Position numbers and translations under genes: made by a program. Below the pieces are notes generated by a model that worked only from the letters and a program-made list of their open reading frames with translations, was not told where the DNA came from and ran no database searches. A stretch of DNA of 58,173 nucleotides from Candidatus Bathyarchaeota archaeon. Lineage in GTDB: Archaea > Thermoproteota > Bathyarchaeia > Bathyarchaeales > Bathycorpusculaceae. The stretch lies in NCBI GenBank assembly GCA_009889605.1, contig WUQU01000530.1:1-58173 (forward strand), written 5' to 3'. This document shows, one piece after another, positions 18,333 through 27,930 of the stretch (position 1 is its first letter; every line of letters begins with the position of its first letter).

Positions 18333-19172
18333 TTATAAGAGAAGTTCAAGCCTGTTTAGGTTTCCCAGAAACGTTCCGTCTAGTAAGTATATTTCCGCGT
18401 TTTCCATGTCCACTGCTTCTGAACGGAGAACCGGCCCAACAATTTCTCCAGTTTTCCCGTTTCCAGCGTTTTTCTCGTTTAAGGGTTTTCCACCTAAATA
18501 GTCGTTGAAGGATGGCATTATGAAAACTTGTGAGGCCTTCGGTTTAACGCCATGTTTTTCCAAGGTTTCTTCTGGAGACTTTTCAATTTTTACGCCGTGT
18601 TTTTCCAGTAAGGTTTTCGCTAGCTGGGTTTTGTTGCAGTGGGCTCTCACCCAGACTTGGCGGGTTATTCTGAATCCCGCGGGGTCACGGAGGGATATGA
18701 CTGGGTGAACATGCCCCATTACAAGAGTTTTGCAGTTTAGCAGCGTAATAGATGGCCATCGATGCCCATGGAAAAAGCCTACTTCGCCTATGGCGGTGCC
18801 TGCGGACGGCAGAAGTTTTATGTTTTCAGGGAGAAGCGGTTCAAGGTTTCCATCGTGGTTTCCGCGGATGATTTGAATTTCTTTAACATGGTTTTTCAGT
18901 TCGGTGAAGAAGTCAGGTATGTCTTGCCATTCGCTTAGTTCAGCTGTTGCCACCGTGTGTTTCACGTCGCCCAGTATTAGAAGTTTTTCCGGTTTGTACG
19001 TTTTTATGAGAGCTTTTAGTTTTTGGAGAAGTTTAGGCGCTTGGGTTGGGACGTGTATGCCTTTTTCTGATAGGGCTATTTCCCATCCTATGTGAAGGTC
19101 TGTTATAACCATGGTTTTGGTTTCCTTAGTTTTTATCAGCGCAGCGGGGTGGGGCATTAGAGGGGTTATCAT
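18333..19172 (-). CDS. Calcineurin-like metallophosphoesterase (SbcD/Mre11-related)
   Basis: DLHIG, GDVKH, GNHDG, HGH and GHVHP motifs. Confidence 0.9.
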   Translation of the reverse strand: MITPLMPHPAALIKTKETKTMVITDLHIGWEIALSEKGIHVPTQAPKLLQKLKALIKTYKPEKLLILGDVKHTVATAELSEWQDIPDFFTELKNHVKEIQIIRGNHDGNLEPLLPENIKLLPSAGTAIGEVGFFHGHRWPSITLLNCKTLVMGHVHPVISLRDPAGFRITRQVWVRAHCNKTQLAKTLLEKHGVKIEKSPEETLEKHGVKPKASQVFIMPSFNDYLGGKPLNEKNAGNGKTGEIVGPVLRSEAVDMENAEIYLLDGTFLGNLNRLELLL

Positions 19173-19184
19173 TTTGTTCAGCTT

Positions 19185-20012
19185 TCAAGCTTCTTTTATG
19201 AGGCTTAGGATTGTCTTGTGGATTTTCTGGTTTGCGGCTGCTATGAAAGTTAGCTTTTCCTTTGGGTCCAGTTTGGCGTTTAGGGGTTCCCCTTTGGGGG
19301 TTGTTATTTTTGCACCTGCTTCGTTTATTATTAGCCACGCTGCAGCTGTGTCTGTTGTGCGGAGTTTTCCGCGGATGTCTATGAAGGCGTCTGTTGTGCC
19401 GTCAGCCACATAGCAAAGTTCCAGTGCGTTGGCGCCTAAATGGCGTATATGCTTTGTCTTTTCGATTAGGCTTGTTAGGCGCGGGGCGACTTCGCTGGCT
19501 CTGTAGGTGTTTAGGTCTATGCCTACCACGGCGTCTTCAAGCGTCACTTTTTCCGACGGGATTATTTTTTTGTTGTCGCGTTGGGCGCCTTCGCCTTTTT
19601 TGGCTGTGTAGGTTGTGCCGTGGAAAAGGTCTGTAACCATCGCGGTGTGAACGGTGGTTAACTCTGGCTTTGTGGATACGGCTATGGATGTGGCGTAAAA
19701 CGGTATGCCCCTCATTAGGTTTGTTGTTCCGTCTATGGGGTCTACGGTTACATAGTTTTCTTCAGGGTTTTCGCCGTAGTTTTTTATGCCTGACTCCTCG
19801 CTTATTAGGGTGAAGGATAAGCCATATTCCTTCAGAGTTTCGGTTATAGCGTTTTCAGCGGTTAAGTCCACCAGTTTTATTGGGTCGCCGCCAGCTCCTA
19901 TGCCTAGGCTTGGCTTGGGCTGTTTCAGGGTTTTTAGAAGGGGAGCTATCTGCCTTTTCAGGTTGTCTCTGCATTGGATTAGGATGGGCAGCCAATCGAT
20001 TTGCTTTTTCAT
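19185..20012 (-). CDS. suhB: Inositol monophosphatase / bifunctional FBPase-IMPase
   Basis: SEESG, DPIDGTTN, DTAAAWLI..EAG motifs. Confidence 0.9.
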   Translation of the reverse strand: MKKQIDWLPILIQCRDNLKRQIAPLLKTLKQPKPSLGIGAGGDPIKLVDLTAENAITETLKEYGLSFTLISEESGIKNYGENPEENYVTVDPIDGTTNLMRGIPFYATSIAVSTKPELTTVHTAMVTDLFHGTTYTAKKGEGAQRDNKKIIPSEKVTLEDAVVGIDLNTYRASEVAPRLTSLIEKTKHIRHLGANALELCYVADGTTDAFIDIRGKLRTTDTAAAWLIINEAGAKITTPKGEPLNAKLDPKEKLTFIAAANQKIHKTILSLIKEA

Positions 20013-20227
20013 AGGGTTTCTCGGTTTTTCATTAGGCTTTGTTTGATAAAGGCTTTGCTGAAAACAAATTGACGCTTGCATCCAAATTTAGGGGTTTACT
20101 TGAAATCTGAATAGAATTGTCTAGAAGAAATAGAACAATGATATAGTTTAAAAGTTCTCAACAGTTTATAAGTAAATAAATCTAATAACTGCACAAGGCG
20201 CCTCTAGATTAAACTGAAGGCTTAGAG

Positions 20228-20633
20228 ATGCCGACAAAACTGGAAAAAACTCTTGACACTTTTAGGCGATGGTGAGTGGCACACCCACGAAGAAGTGGTT
20301 AACGCCCTGCAGATTCCAGAGGAGAAAGCGCAAACCATAACGCGGTTTCTGGCTGATGCAGACTTAATGGTTCTCAACAGGGAAACAAACCAGATAAAGC
20401 TAAACCAGAACTGGAAAACCCTTATTGTAAACCAGAAAGAGCAGGGCCCAGAAACAGAGGCGCAAGCGGAGGAACCACCAGAAAGCACGGCGGTGGGAAC
20501 GATTATTATTCCGCCGCAAAAAACCATTGTAATTCAAAACACTCAGATAACAAATTTGATGGATGTAAGCCTAGAGTTGGAAATCCGCGTGGACAAAAAG
20601 CTGAAAGAAATAGCTATAAACAAAGTAGAATAG
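20228..20633 (+). pseudogene. HTH-domain hypothetical protein, +1 frameshift near the 5' end
   Basis: ATG CCG ACA AAA CTG GAAAAAA CTC TTG: removing one A gives MPTKLEKLLTLLGDGEWH, a helix-DGxWH-HTH start. Confidence 0.6.
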
Positions 20634-20644
20634 TCTATCAGCTT

Positions 20645-20899
20645 TTAACTGGATAAGAGTTCGCTGGCCTTTCGCAAAACTTTTAGGAGTTCCCGTCCTT
20701 TTGCACTTGTTTTATAAATTGTAATTGTTGAACCTTCAAGATTGTTTTCTTCAATTTTTTCGATTAAGTCGGCGTCTAGCAGCTCCTTTAAATAGCGGTT
20801 AAAGAGTCCAAAATTTAGGTTGCAACTGTACATTAGTCTAGTTTTGTTGGCGCCTTCCGAAGCCTCGGTGTGGCTTCTTCTCTTCCTAAGCTTCGTCAT
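20645..20899 (-). CDS. Archaeal winged-HTH regulator (RRS...KTRLMY..NLN type), possibly with an internal deletion
   Basis: RRSHTE-ASEGANKTRLMYSCNLNF..FNRYL..L...YKTS.KG; the usual helix after RRS seems to be missing. Confidence 0.7.
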   Translation of the reverse strand: MTKLRKRRSHTEASEGANKTRLMYSCNLNFGLFNRYLKELLDADLIEKIEENNLEGSTITIYKTSAKGRELLKVLRKASELLSS

Positions 20900-20949
20900 G
20901 GCGTCCAACTCTGAATTGGAATTTAACTATAGAAATGTTTGTGGTAATT

Positions 20950-20991
20950 TCTAATAAAGCTTAAAGCTAATCTAATAAAGCTTAAAGCTAA
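20950..20991. repeat. Perfect 21-bp tandem duplication
   Basis: tctaataaagcttaaagctaa x2. Confidence 0.95.
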
Positions 20992-21089
20992 CTCGAAAAG
21001 AGGCTTCAGCCTAGAAAATTTAGAAAACATTAAGCTGGACTGCGTGTCATAGAAATTAGAGGATACAAAAGGGAAAAGGAGTTTGGGGT

Positions 21090-21483
21090 TTAACTTTTAA
21101 AAGATTGAAGCTTTTCCAAAACTTTCTCTAAATCAGCATTTTTTCTAGGAAAATGCTTATTTTGTTTTCGCCGAAAGCCAGTGAAAGCACTTTAATTTTT
21201 TCCCCATCAATAATTATGTGTTTAATGTCTCCGAGGTTGAAGATTTCTGAGAGTTCCTCCCCAGCGTCCAAAGAGGGGGATGAGAGAATTGCGTATTCGA
21301 TGAGTTTTGATGGGTCTTTGAGGTCTATGGCTGCAGATGTGGAATTCCGCAATATATAGCCAATCACGCCGTCGTATCCTTTAATCTCTTCTAGGCTTGC
21401 TTTTAAATTTTCAATTGGTACGGGCTCAATAGCCACTGGTTCGGCTACAGCGGTGAAGCTTTCAGCTGATTTTTTCTAGCCAT
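21090..21483 (-). pseudogene. Roadblock/LC7-like protein with two -1 frameshifts
   Basis: Core IKGYDGVIGYIL...GEELSEIFNLGDIKHIIIDG; one A missing from each of two A-runs (~21470-21475 and ~21139-21144); corrected ends are MARKKSAESF and EKNADLEKVLEKLQSFKS. Confidence 0.7.
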
Positions 21484-21496
21484 ATATACGCCTCCA

Positions 21497-22392
21497 TTAT
21501 TCAACGACGGGCTTGACTCTTACAAGTTCGCCCTTCTTAATTTCTAGGCTAAGCTGCATTTTTTCCGGCATCTGCACGACGCCTTTTCCAAGGTATTTTG
21601 AGTCTTTTATGGGTTTAACTTTACATCTTAAGGTTTTTCCATCAAAGGTTTCAATGTCCACAAGTTCGATGGGTTGACCGCCGAAAGTGTTTTCCCATTC
21701 GGAGAACATTTCGCTGTCTATGCGCACCGTGTCAGATGGGACAAGCAGTCCACCGAGGTTTTCCACTATAAGCTGTGTAGGTTGAGGCTCAACGTTTAAA
21801 GCTTTATGGGTAGGCTCGGCGGGTTCAGTTTTAGGTTTAGGCGTGACTTCTTCGCTGGGCTTTGTGGTTAATTCTGCTTCTTCAACAAGCTCTTTTTCAG
21901 CGAGTTCTTCCACTGGTTCTTCTTCTTTAGCTTCTAGAGGCTCAGGCTCAGTTTCGGTTTTAACCTCTGCGGCAGGCTCAGCAGGTTCAGCAAGCGTGGG
22001 GGAAGACTTTTTGTGGGGGTAGGGCTGAGCTTCTCTAAAACTCTGAGAACCGTTGGGATTAGGACGCGGGTGAGAGTGCCCACGTATTTCATGTCAGCTT
22101 TTTCAGAAGCAACCGTGACAAGGTAGTTTTCGCCGAAGCGGGAAAGCGTAACAGTGCCTTTTCCGCCTTCCATGGTTACGCTTTCGATTCCGCCTATGGC
22201 GTCAGCCCTTTCCATTATGCTGTCAAAAGCGTCTATAACGCGGACTATGACTTTTTCACTGGTTTCAGCGTCTCCAGCCGCTATTTCGCCTTCTTCTGTA
22301 AAAAGGAAGGCGTGGTTAATGTCTGGGCAGGCGTTTCGCATCTCGTCTAGGGTATTCTTTAATGCTATGGAGTAGACTTCTTTATCAAGCAT
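21497..22392 (-). pseudogene. Roadblock/LC7 + Pro/Glu linker + CDC48-N-like double-psi beta-barrel fusion, -1 frameshift
   Basis: N-part PDINHAFLFTEEGEI...IGGIESVTMEGGKG..YLVTVA. Frame shifts at the C5 run ~21998-22002 into AEPAEPAAEVKTETEPEPLEAKEEEPVEELAEK. C-part GKGVVQMP...LEIKKGELVRVKP. Confidence 0.7.
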
Positions 22393-22422
22393 GTGTATGC
22401 GCCTCTTTTAACTGGGATGGGT

Positions 22423-22848
22423 TTAGGTTATTTTGAAGAGTATGCGTTCCGGCACTCCATCGTTTTCGACAACAATGTATTTTAGGCCTTCAGTGTCGCC
22501 TAGCTGGTCCAACCATTTTAGGGCTTCGCGGGCTTTCTGCAGCACTAAGAGTCTTTCCTGGTAGCTGCGGACGACTTGTTCTATGGCTGTGAGTTCGTGG
22601 AACGGGTTTGCGTCTAAGACTATGCTTAGGGTGCCAACGGTGATTTCGCCTAGGCTTTCAGCAGCAGCCTTTTTGCCTGCCAGTTTCATGACTACTTCGC
22701 GGATTTTCTTGGATTTTTCAGCTAAAGCCCTTATGTCGTCTAGGCGGCGCAGGTACTCGCCCAAAGTGCTTTTTGTTTCGGATATTTCTTTGTCTAGGGT
22801 TTCGGCTATGTCTTCAGCCGAAGCATACTCCTTTATTTCTATTACCAT
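22423..22848 (-). CDS. Hypothetical coiled-coil / beta-hairpin / coiled-coil protein (prefoldin-like layout)
   Basis: Intact 141-aa ORF with GGAGGTG SD; two heptad helices flank EITVGTLSIVL. Confidence 0.75.
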   Translation of the reverse strand: MVIEIKEYASAEDIAETLDKEISETKSTLGEYLRRLDDIRALAEKSKKIREVVMKLAGKKAAAESLGEITVGTLSIVLDANPFHELTAIEQVVRSYQERLLVLQKAREALKWLDQLGDTEGLKYIVVENDGVPERILFKIT

Positions 22849-22953
22849 TTTGTTTACACACCTCCAATGAACGGAAACAAATGAGGGAATTTAGGCCGAT
22901 ATTTTGCCAACCCTACCCACAACTTCTGCCAACAGACAACAAAGAGGGGAAAT

Positions 22954-23363
22954 TTACGATGGAGCAGTTGCTTGATATGAGCCCACCACTTGTCCGCTAC
23001 CATCAAAGAGATCAATCTTATACGGATTACCAGCTGTCCATGCATACTTTATCTTTACTACTCCAGTTGCTCCAGAAGTAAATGTTCCTGTTTGTGGACT
23101 AAATGTAAAATTAGCAGGTTGGCCGTTAACTTTCACTGTAGCAATTGTCACAGTATTTGTTCCCGTGTTCTTTAAAGCTACAACAATCGTACTGTTGCTT
23201 GAAATTGCACGTTTGTTATTGTTACCGAGGATGATCCCATGAATCCTATTGTTAGGGCTCCCATCCAAGCTGCTACGGCGATGCTGACTGCTACTATTAC
23301 GGCTATGAGTATGATTGAGGCTACGACGGGGATTAGGGCTTTCTTGCTTTTCAGTATTTTCAT
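22954..23363 (-). pseudogene. Archaeal type IV pilin (class III signal peptide), -1 frameshift
   Basis: KSKKA|LIPVVASIILIAVIVAVSIAVAAWM. Adding one T at GTG CAA TTT(T)CA (~23202) joins SSNSTIVVALKNTG.....IATVKVNG...W.AG..Y.I; GGAGG SD. Confidence 0.85.
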
Positions 23364-23571
23364 TTTTCTGTTTATCCCTCCTTTTTGGGTTATCGTGTAT
23401 TTTAGGGGAAGGTTGAGGATTTAAATCTTACGACTTAATACACAATATTCAATATTTGTAAAACAAAACAACAAAACACATCAAACCAAAATACGGAAAA
23501 AGAGTTAAATTTGACAATACTACCAGCAGTAGACAGAAAATTTTTATATATTCATATGTATATGTAAAACG

Positions 23572-23811
23572 GTGATCAAAACGGCCAAAACAATTGCAGT
23601 TTCAGACGATGTTTACGAGTTACTAGTCAAATCAAAGCTCCCAAACGAAAGCTTCAGCGACGTCATACGCCGATCCCTCAAAAAAGGAATGCGACTCAGC
23701 GACATTGCAGGCTCAAAAACCATTAGCGAAGAAGACTGGAAAAAAGTCTTAAAAGCCTTTGAACCTCAAAGGAAAGCAGACGAGGAAAAAAGAAGAAAAC
23801 TGCTGCAGTAG
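23572..23811 (+). CDS. vapB: VapB-type antitoxin (DUF217-like)
   Basis: KTIAVSDDVYELL.KSK.PNESFSDVIRR motif; precedes a PIN toxin. Confidence 0.9.
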   Translation: MIKTAKTIAVSDDVYELLVKSKLPNESFSDVIRRSLKKGMRLSDIAGSKTISEEDWKKVLKAFEPQRKADEEKRRKLLQ

Positions 23812-23826
23812 GGGCGGTGGCATCCC

Positions 23827-24237
23827 TTGAAAATCTTCGACACAACATTCCTAATAGACTTAATAAAAGGAGACGAAGGCGCCCTACAAAAAGCAAAAGA
23901 AATAGACGCTGAAGGAACATTCAAAGCCATCTCCGTAGTCACAGTCCACGAGTATCTGCGGGGAATTTACTACCTATTCAGCCACGACAAAGAACTGTTA
24001 AAGACCAAACTTGAAAAAGCAGAAGCAGAACTAATCCGATTTGAAATCATGCCATACACCTACGAAACAGCTAAAACCGCGGCAGAAATCGACGCTCAAC
24101 TCGCCTTAAACGGCCAAACCATAAGCTTCTCAGACACAATAATAGCAGCAACAGCATTACACTACAAATTAACATTAGTCACACGAAATATAGCACACTT
24201 TTCAAGAGTACCTAACCTACAGATTGAAAATTACTAG
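23827..24237 (+). CDS. vapC: VapC PIN-domain toxin
   Basis: FDTTFLIDL, E, D.IIAATAL, LVTRN..HF PIN motifs. Confidence 0.93.
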   Translation: MKIFDTTFLIDLIKGDEGALQKAKEIDAEGTFKAISVVTVHEYLRGIYYLFSHDKELLKTKLEKAEAELIRFEIMPYTYETAKTAAEIDAQLALNGQTISFSDTIIAATALHYKLTLVTRNIAHFSRVPNLQIENY

Positions 24238-24270
24238 AATTAAAGCCTTCCAGCCTAAAGCCTTTAACGT

Positions 24271-24630
24271 TTAAACTTCTAGCTTGTCAAAGAACTCCAG
24301 CAGAAGCTTCGCTATTTTTTCGCCGAACTCAGTCTTCGTATACTTCTTCTTCAACGGGTCGATACGCTCGCTTTTAGCCAATCCCAACTCTTCAATCTCA
24401 ATCATCCTAGCCCTGAAAGTGCCATCGCTAAGCGTCAAACCGTTCTCCCGCATAAAATCCTTAGCCTCTTTCCACTTGCCACGCCCCAAATACAAAAGCA
24501 ATAGACAGTCTATGGCATGATCCTTCTCCAGCATAGCCTTAATCGCTGAAAGCTTCGGATCCGTCAATATCCGTTTAACCCTCTCCTCGTCTCCAATCTC
24601 AACACTTTTAGCTTTAACCATCATGCTCAA
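24271..24630 (-). CDS. Winged-HTH-like hypothetical protein
   Basis: LSDGTFRARMIEIEELGL...KYTKTEFGEKIA. Confidence 0.65.
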   Translation of the reverse strand: MSMMVKAKSVEIGDEERVKRILTDPKLSAIKAMLEKDHAIDCLLLLYLGRGKWKEAKDFMRENGLTLSDGTFRARMIEIEELGLAKSERIDPLKKKYTKTEFGEKIAKLLLEFFDKLEV

Positions 24631-24936
24631 CCAACTGGCGTTTTTACCCTTTTCAATATACGCACATTCCCTTTAAAAGATTTAACCTATATTACGAATC
24701 ATGACATAATACAACACAGCAAAACATAACCACAACAGACTCATCCATACCCACAAAACCCCGTAAAACGCTGAAAACAGCCACATAAAGACAAACTGCA
24801 CACTTCAAATGTTGTCGGCGCAAAAAATCAACAAACAACGACATTTAAACACAGCACAAACTGTAAACCACAACACCCTATTCATTCACGGAAATAAACC
24901 ATTAAAAGCAGACTCTTCCTTTTTAACACAATAAAG

Positions 24937-25798
24937 ATGGGAAAAATGAAAGGCTACCTCTGCCTCCTAATTTTAATAATCGCCGCCTACAGCCTGCCTC
25001 TAAAGTTTTCCTTGTCAGCCAATCCAGAAAACCAAAAGAAAGTTGCCCTTTTCTTCGACGACGGCTGGAAAGACCAGTATGACAAGGCTTTCCCAGTTCT
25101 GAAAAATTTCGGTTTCAAAGCCACATTCGCAGTCATAACAGAATACATTGGACTTGACAGAGGAACCTCAAAGGCTAGGATGAACTTATCTGAACTGAAA
25201 GAACTGCAAAACAGCGGAATGGAAATAGCTTCCCACACCAAAACCCACCCCCACATGTTAAACCTCACCCATAAAAAATTAATAGACGAAATTGCAAACT
25301 CCAAAAAAGCCCTAACCCAGCTAGGATTTAACGTGGAAACTTTTGTTTACCCTTCATGGAGAATGGAACCAGACAATAATAGGCTATGTGAAGGAAGCAG
25401 GCTATACTTGTGCAAGAACCATAAAGCCAGAAGCCTACACACTTGAAAACCAAGAGGCAAACACGCGTTATCACATAGGCTCATGGGCCATAACAAACCA
25501 AACCCTTGAAGACTTCCAAAAAGTCCTAGAAAACGCAAACAAAAACACAGTAATAGTGCTAACCTACCACCATATAGCCGACGACTGCCCAGAGGAAACA
25601 AGCACACCAACCCAAAACTTCAAAGAACAGATAAAATACCTAAAAGAAAACGGCTTCGAAGTGGTACTTTTATCACAAGTTTTAGCAAACACTAAAAAAC
25701 AGCCTTGAAGCTTTCTTCAACTAGAAGCGACAGCAATCATAGGTAGCGCGGCGGTCTGCAGCCTAATCGCATTTCAGAAACGGAAAAAGATGTTTTAG
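24937..25798 (+). pseudogene. Secreted, membrane-anchored polysaccharide deacetylase (NodB/CE4) with a frameshift and a premature TGA
   Basis: FFDDGW and EIASHTKTHP motifs; extra T at ~25353 (YP-HGEWN); LTYHHI; the frame continues past TGA 25706-25708 into a TM segment with a KRKK tail. Confidence 0.85.
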
Positions 25799-26280
25799 GA
25801 GCGTTTTTCTTCCTCGGCAACGTTGCCTTCACGCAGTGTCCAATCGGGAACACGGGCTTCAGGGAAAGAGTCTATCCTTGGAATGTATGGTTTAATGTCC
25901 ACTATTGGCGAGCCTTCAAAGGCGTCAAGCCCCTTCACGGTTAAAACACAATTTTCAACTTCAAGCAGTTCCACAACGCATAAGCCAATCGGATTTGGGC
26001 GGGACGGGCTTCTACACGCGAAAACTCCGGTTTCCACATTCACCTTATGCCTTCTTGGAAAAACAAGAAGAGTACGCCTTTCCGCTTTGCTGTCACGAAG
26101 ATGAACCCAATACAATATTATTAAGTGAGAAAATCCTTCTATGCCCTTAAGCCCGCCGCAAAACTCTGGAAAAACCCTCACTTTCGCCCTCTGCCCTCCC
26201 GCTTCCTCCACAACACCTATAAAGCGAACCGTGCCACATGCCACAATCAAGCACCACCAAGCTTTACACAAACAATTCAA
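25795..26280 (-). CDS. tsaA: tRNA (N6-t6A37) methyltransferase TrmO/TsaA
   Basis: GLKGIEGFSHLIILY, GVFACRSPSRPNPIG, GLDAFEGSPIVDIKPY; true start may be slightly downstream. Confidence 0.9.
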   Translation of the reverse strand: MNCLCKAWWCLIVACGTVRFIGVVEEAGGQRAKVRVFPEFCGGLKGIEGFSHLIILYWVHLRDSKAERRTLLVFPRRHKVNVETGVFACRSPSRPNPIGLCVVELLEVENCVLTVKGLDAFEGSPIVDIKPYIPRIDSFPEARVPDWTLREGNVAEEEKRS

Positions 26281-26344
26281 TTAGGAAAGTTTAAATAAAA
26301 TATGGTTTACTTTTAGTTTGCTAATAAAACATGGAAGGCGCCAA

Positions 26345-26839
26345 ATGTCAAGAGAATTTCGCCACATACTCAGAATAACAGACACAGACGTAGACGGCAC
26401 CCTAAAAGCACCCTACGCCCTAAGAAAAATTAAGGGAATAAGCATAAACCTAGCAAACGCCATACTCAAAAAAGCCGGAGTAGACCCCCACATAAGAGCA
26501 GGCTTCCTAACAGAAACAGAAGTCACAAAAATAGAAGAAATAATCAAAGACCCTGTAAAATATGGACTGCCAGAATGGCTCCTAAACAGAAGAAAAGACC
26601 TAGAAAACGGGAAAAACACGCACCTAATAAGCGCAGACCTAATCCTAAGAACAAAAATGGACATCGACCAAATGAAAGAACTGAAATCCTGGCGGGGTTA
26701 CAGACACGCTTACGGACTAAAGGTCCGCGGACAAAGAACAAGAACCACTGGAAGAACAGGCAAAGCCCTCGGAGTCAAGAAAAAGGCTGTTGCAAAGCCT
26801 GGAGGCGGCGGTGGCGGAGGCGGCGGGGGAGGCAAATAG
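26345..26839 (+). CDS. rps13: 30S ribosomal protein uS13
   Basis: WLLNRRKD, SWRGYRHAYGLKVRGQRTRTTGR. Confidence 0.97.
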   Translation: MSREFRHILRITDTDVDGTLKAPYALRKIKGISINLANAILKKAGVDPHIRAGFLTETEVTKIEEIIKDPVKYGLPEWLLNRRKDLENGKNTHLISADLILRTKMDIDQMKELKSWRGYRHAYGLKVRGQRTRTTGRTGKALGVKKKAVAKPGGGGGGGGGGGK

Positions 26840-26841
26840 CC

Positions 26842-27408
26842 ATGGGCGATCCTAAAAGACAAAGAAAGAAGTATGAAACCCCAAGATTTCCATGGCGCAC
26901 AGACATCCTACAGGAAGAGCTTAAACTTTTAGGCCAGTACGGCTTAAGAAACAAACGGGAATTGTGGCGCCACAAAACAATGCTTTCCGAATTCCGAGGA
27001 ACAGCCCGCGAGCTTATTGGAAAACCGCCTGAAGAAAGAAGAAAAATGGAAGAGGAACTTCTAAACCGTTTAAAGAAGCTTGGCATAATACGGGAAACAG
27101 CAGTTTTAGACGACGTTCTAGACTTAACAGTTGAAGATGTCTTAGAACGTAGACTCCAAACAATAGTGTTCCGCAAAGGATTAGCTAAGTCAATCCACCA
27201 AGCTAGACAGCTTATAACCCACGGCCACATAATTATAGGAAAACAAAGAGTAACCGTTCCAAGTTATTTGGTTGCAAGAGAAGAAGAAGACCAAATAGCC
27301 TACGCGCCGGAAAGCCCACTTGCAAACCCAAGTCACCCCCTGCGCCAGATTATAACCGTACCAGCCTCAACTGAAAAGAAGACGGAAAAAACAAGGGGAG
27401 AAAGATAA
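26842..27408 (+). CDS. rps4: 30S ribosomal protein uS4
   Basis: [43 protein letters not shown]. Confidence 0.97.
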   Translation: MGDPKRQRKKYETPRFPWRTDILQEELKLLGQYGLRNKRELWRHKTMLSEFRGTARELIGKPPEERRKMEEELLNRLKKLGIIRETAVLDDVLDLTVEDVLERRLQTIVFRKGLAKSIHQARQLITHGHIIIGKQRVTVPSYLVAREEEDQIAYAPESPLANPSHPLRQIITVPASTEKKTEKTRGER

Positions 27409-27409
27409 A

Positions 27410-27826
27410 ATGAGCAGCGGAAGCAGTGCAACATCCAAGAAAAGTGAAAAATGGGGAGTAGCCCACATCTACAGCTCCTACAACAACACTTTGGTTCACA
27501 TAACAGACCTTTCAGGCGCCGAAACAATAGCCAGAACATCAGGCGGAATGTTTGTAAAAGCCGACAGAATGGAATCCTCGCCATACGCAGCCATGCGCGC
27601 AGCCTCAGCAGCAGCCGAAATCGCCAAAGACAAAGGAATAACAGCCATACACATCAAAGTACGCGCCCCAGGAGGCGCAGGCCCAAGAACCCCTGGACCG
27701 GGAGCCCAAGCGGCCATAAGAGCCTTGGCAAGAGCTGGCTTCCGCATAGGCCGAATCGAAGAAGTTACACCTATTCCCCACGACGGCACACGAAGACCCG
27801 GCGGCAGAAGGGGAAGAAGAGTTTAA
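27410..27826 (+). CDS. rps11: 30S ribosomal protein uS11
   Basis: [43 protein letters not shown]. Confidence 0.98.
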   Translation: MSSGSSATSKKSEKWGVAHIYSSYNNTLVHITDLSGAETIARTSGGMFVKADRMESSPYAAMRAASAAAEIAKDKGITAIHIKVRAPGGAGPRTPGPGAQAAIRALARAGFRIGRIEEVTPIPHDGTRRPGGRRGRRV

Positions 27827-27930
27827 ACCCTTTTATTTCCGCTTATTCTATAGAAAAATTGAAATAATGCACTAATATTCTATTCCACGGCACTGCAGTT
27901 AATTCATCCTATTGTGGAGTGTCCGTGTAA

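Noticed and set aside
18544..18608. Short internal repeat LEKHGVK in the metallophosphoesterase
   Set aside because: A small in-frame duplication with no sign of a separate function.
20950..20991. Direct repeat as a mini-CRISPR
   Set aside because: Two abutting copies with no spacer, and no cas genes.
21090..23363. Homopolymer frameshifts as programmed frameshifting or phase variation
   Set aside because: The runs are short (3-6 nt), some genes have several lesions, and nonsense and missense damage occur elsewhere in the window. Decay explains this better, although read-level data are needed to exclude it fully.
24631..24936. A/C-rich 300-bp spacer with an aaatgttgt/acgacattt hairpin as a possible ncRNA or origin
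   Set aside because: No ORB boxes, no cdc6 nearby, and no C/D, SRP or RNase P features; it fits a divergent promoter region.
25706..25708. In-frame TGA here and at 7951-7953 as Trp/Sec recoding
   Set aside because: TGA terminates hisS, rpoD, rpl18e and psmA normally, and the deacetylase gene is also frameshifted. A TGG-to-TGA nonsense change is the simpler explanation.
26575..26841. N-terminal extension of uS4 in the 277-aa ORF
   Set aside because: It is an alternative frame over rps13; uS4 starts at MGDPK (26842).
27451..27867. Arg-rich 138-aa ORF over rps11, and the many other overlapping or antisense ORFs in the track
   Set aside because: Shadow frames of well-supported genes, with no motifs of their own.
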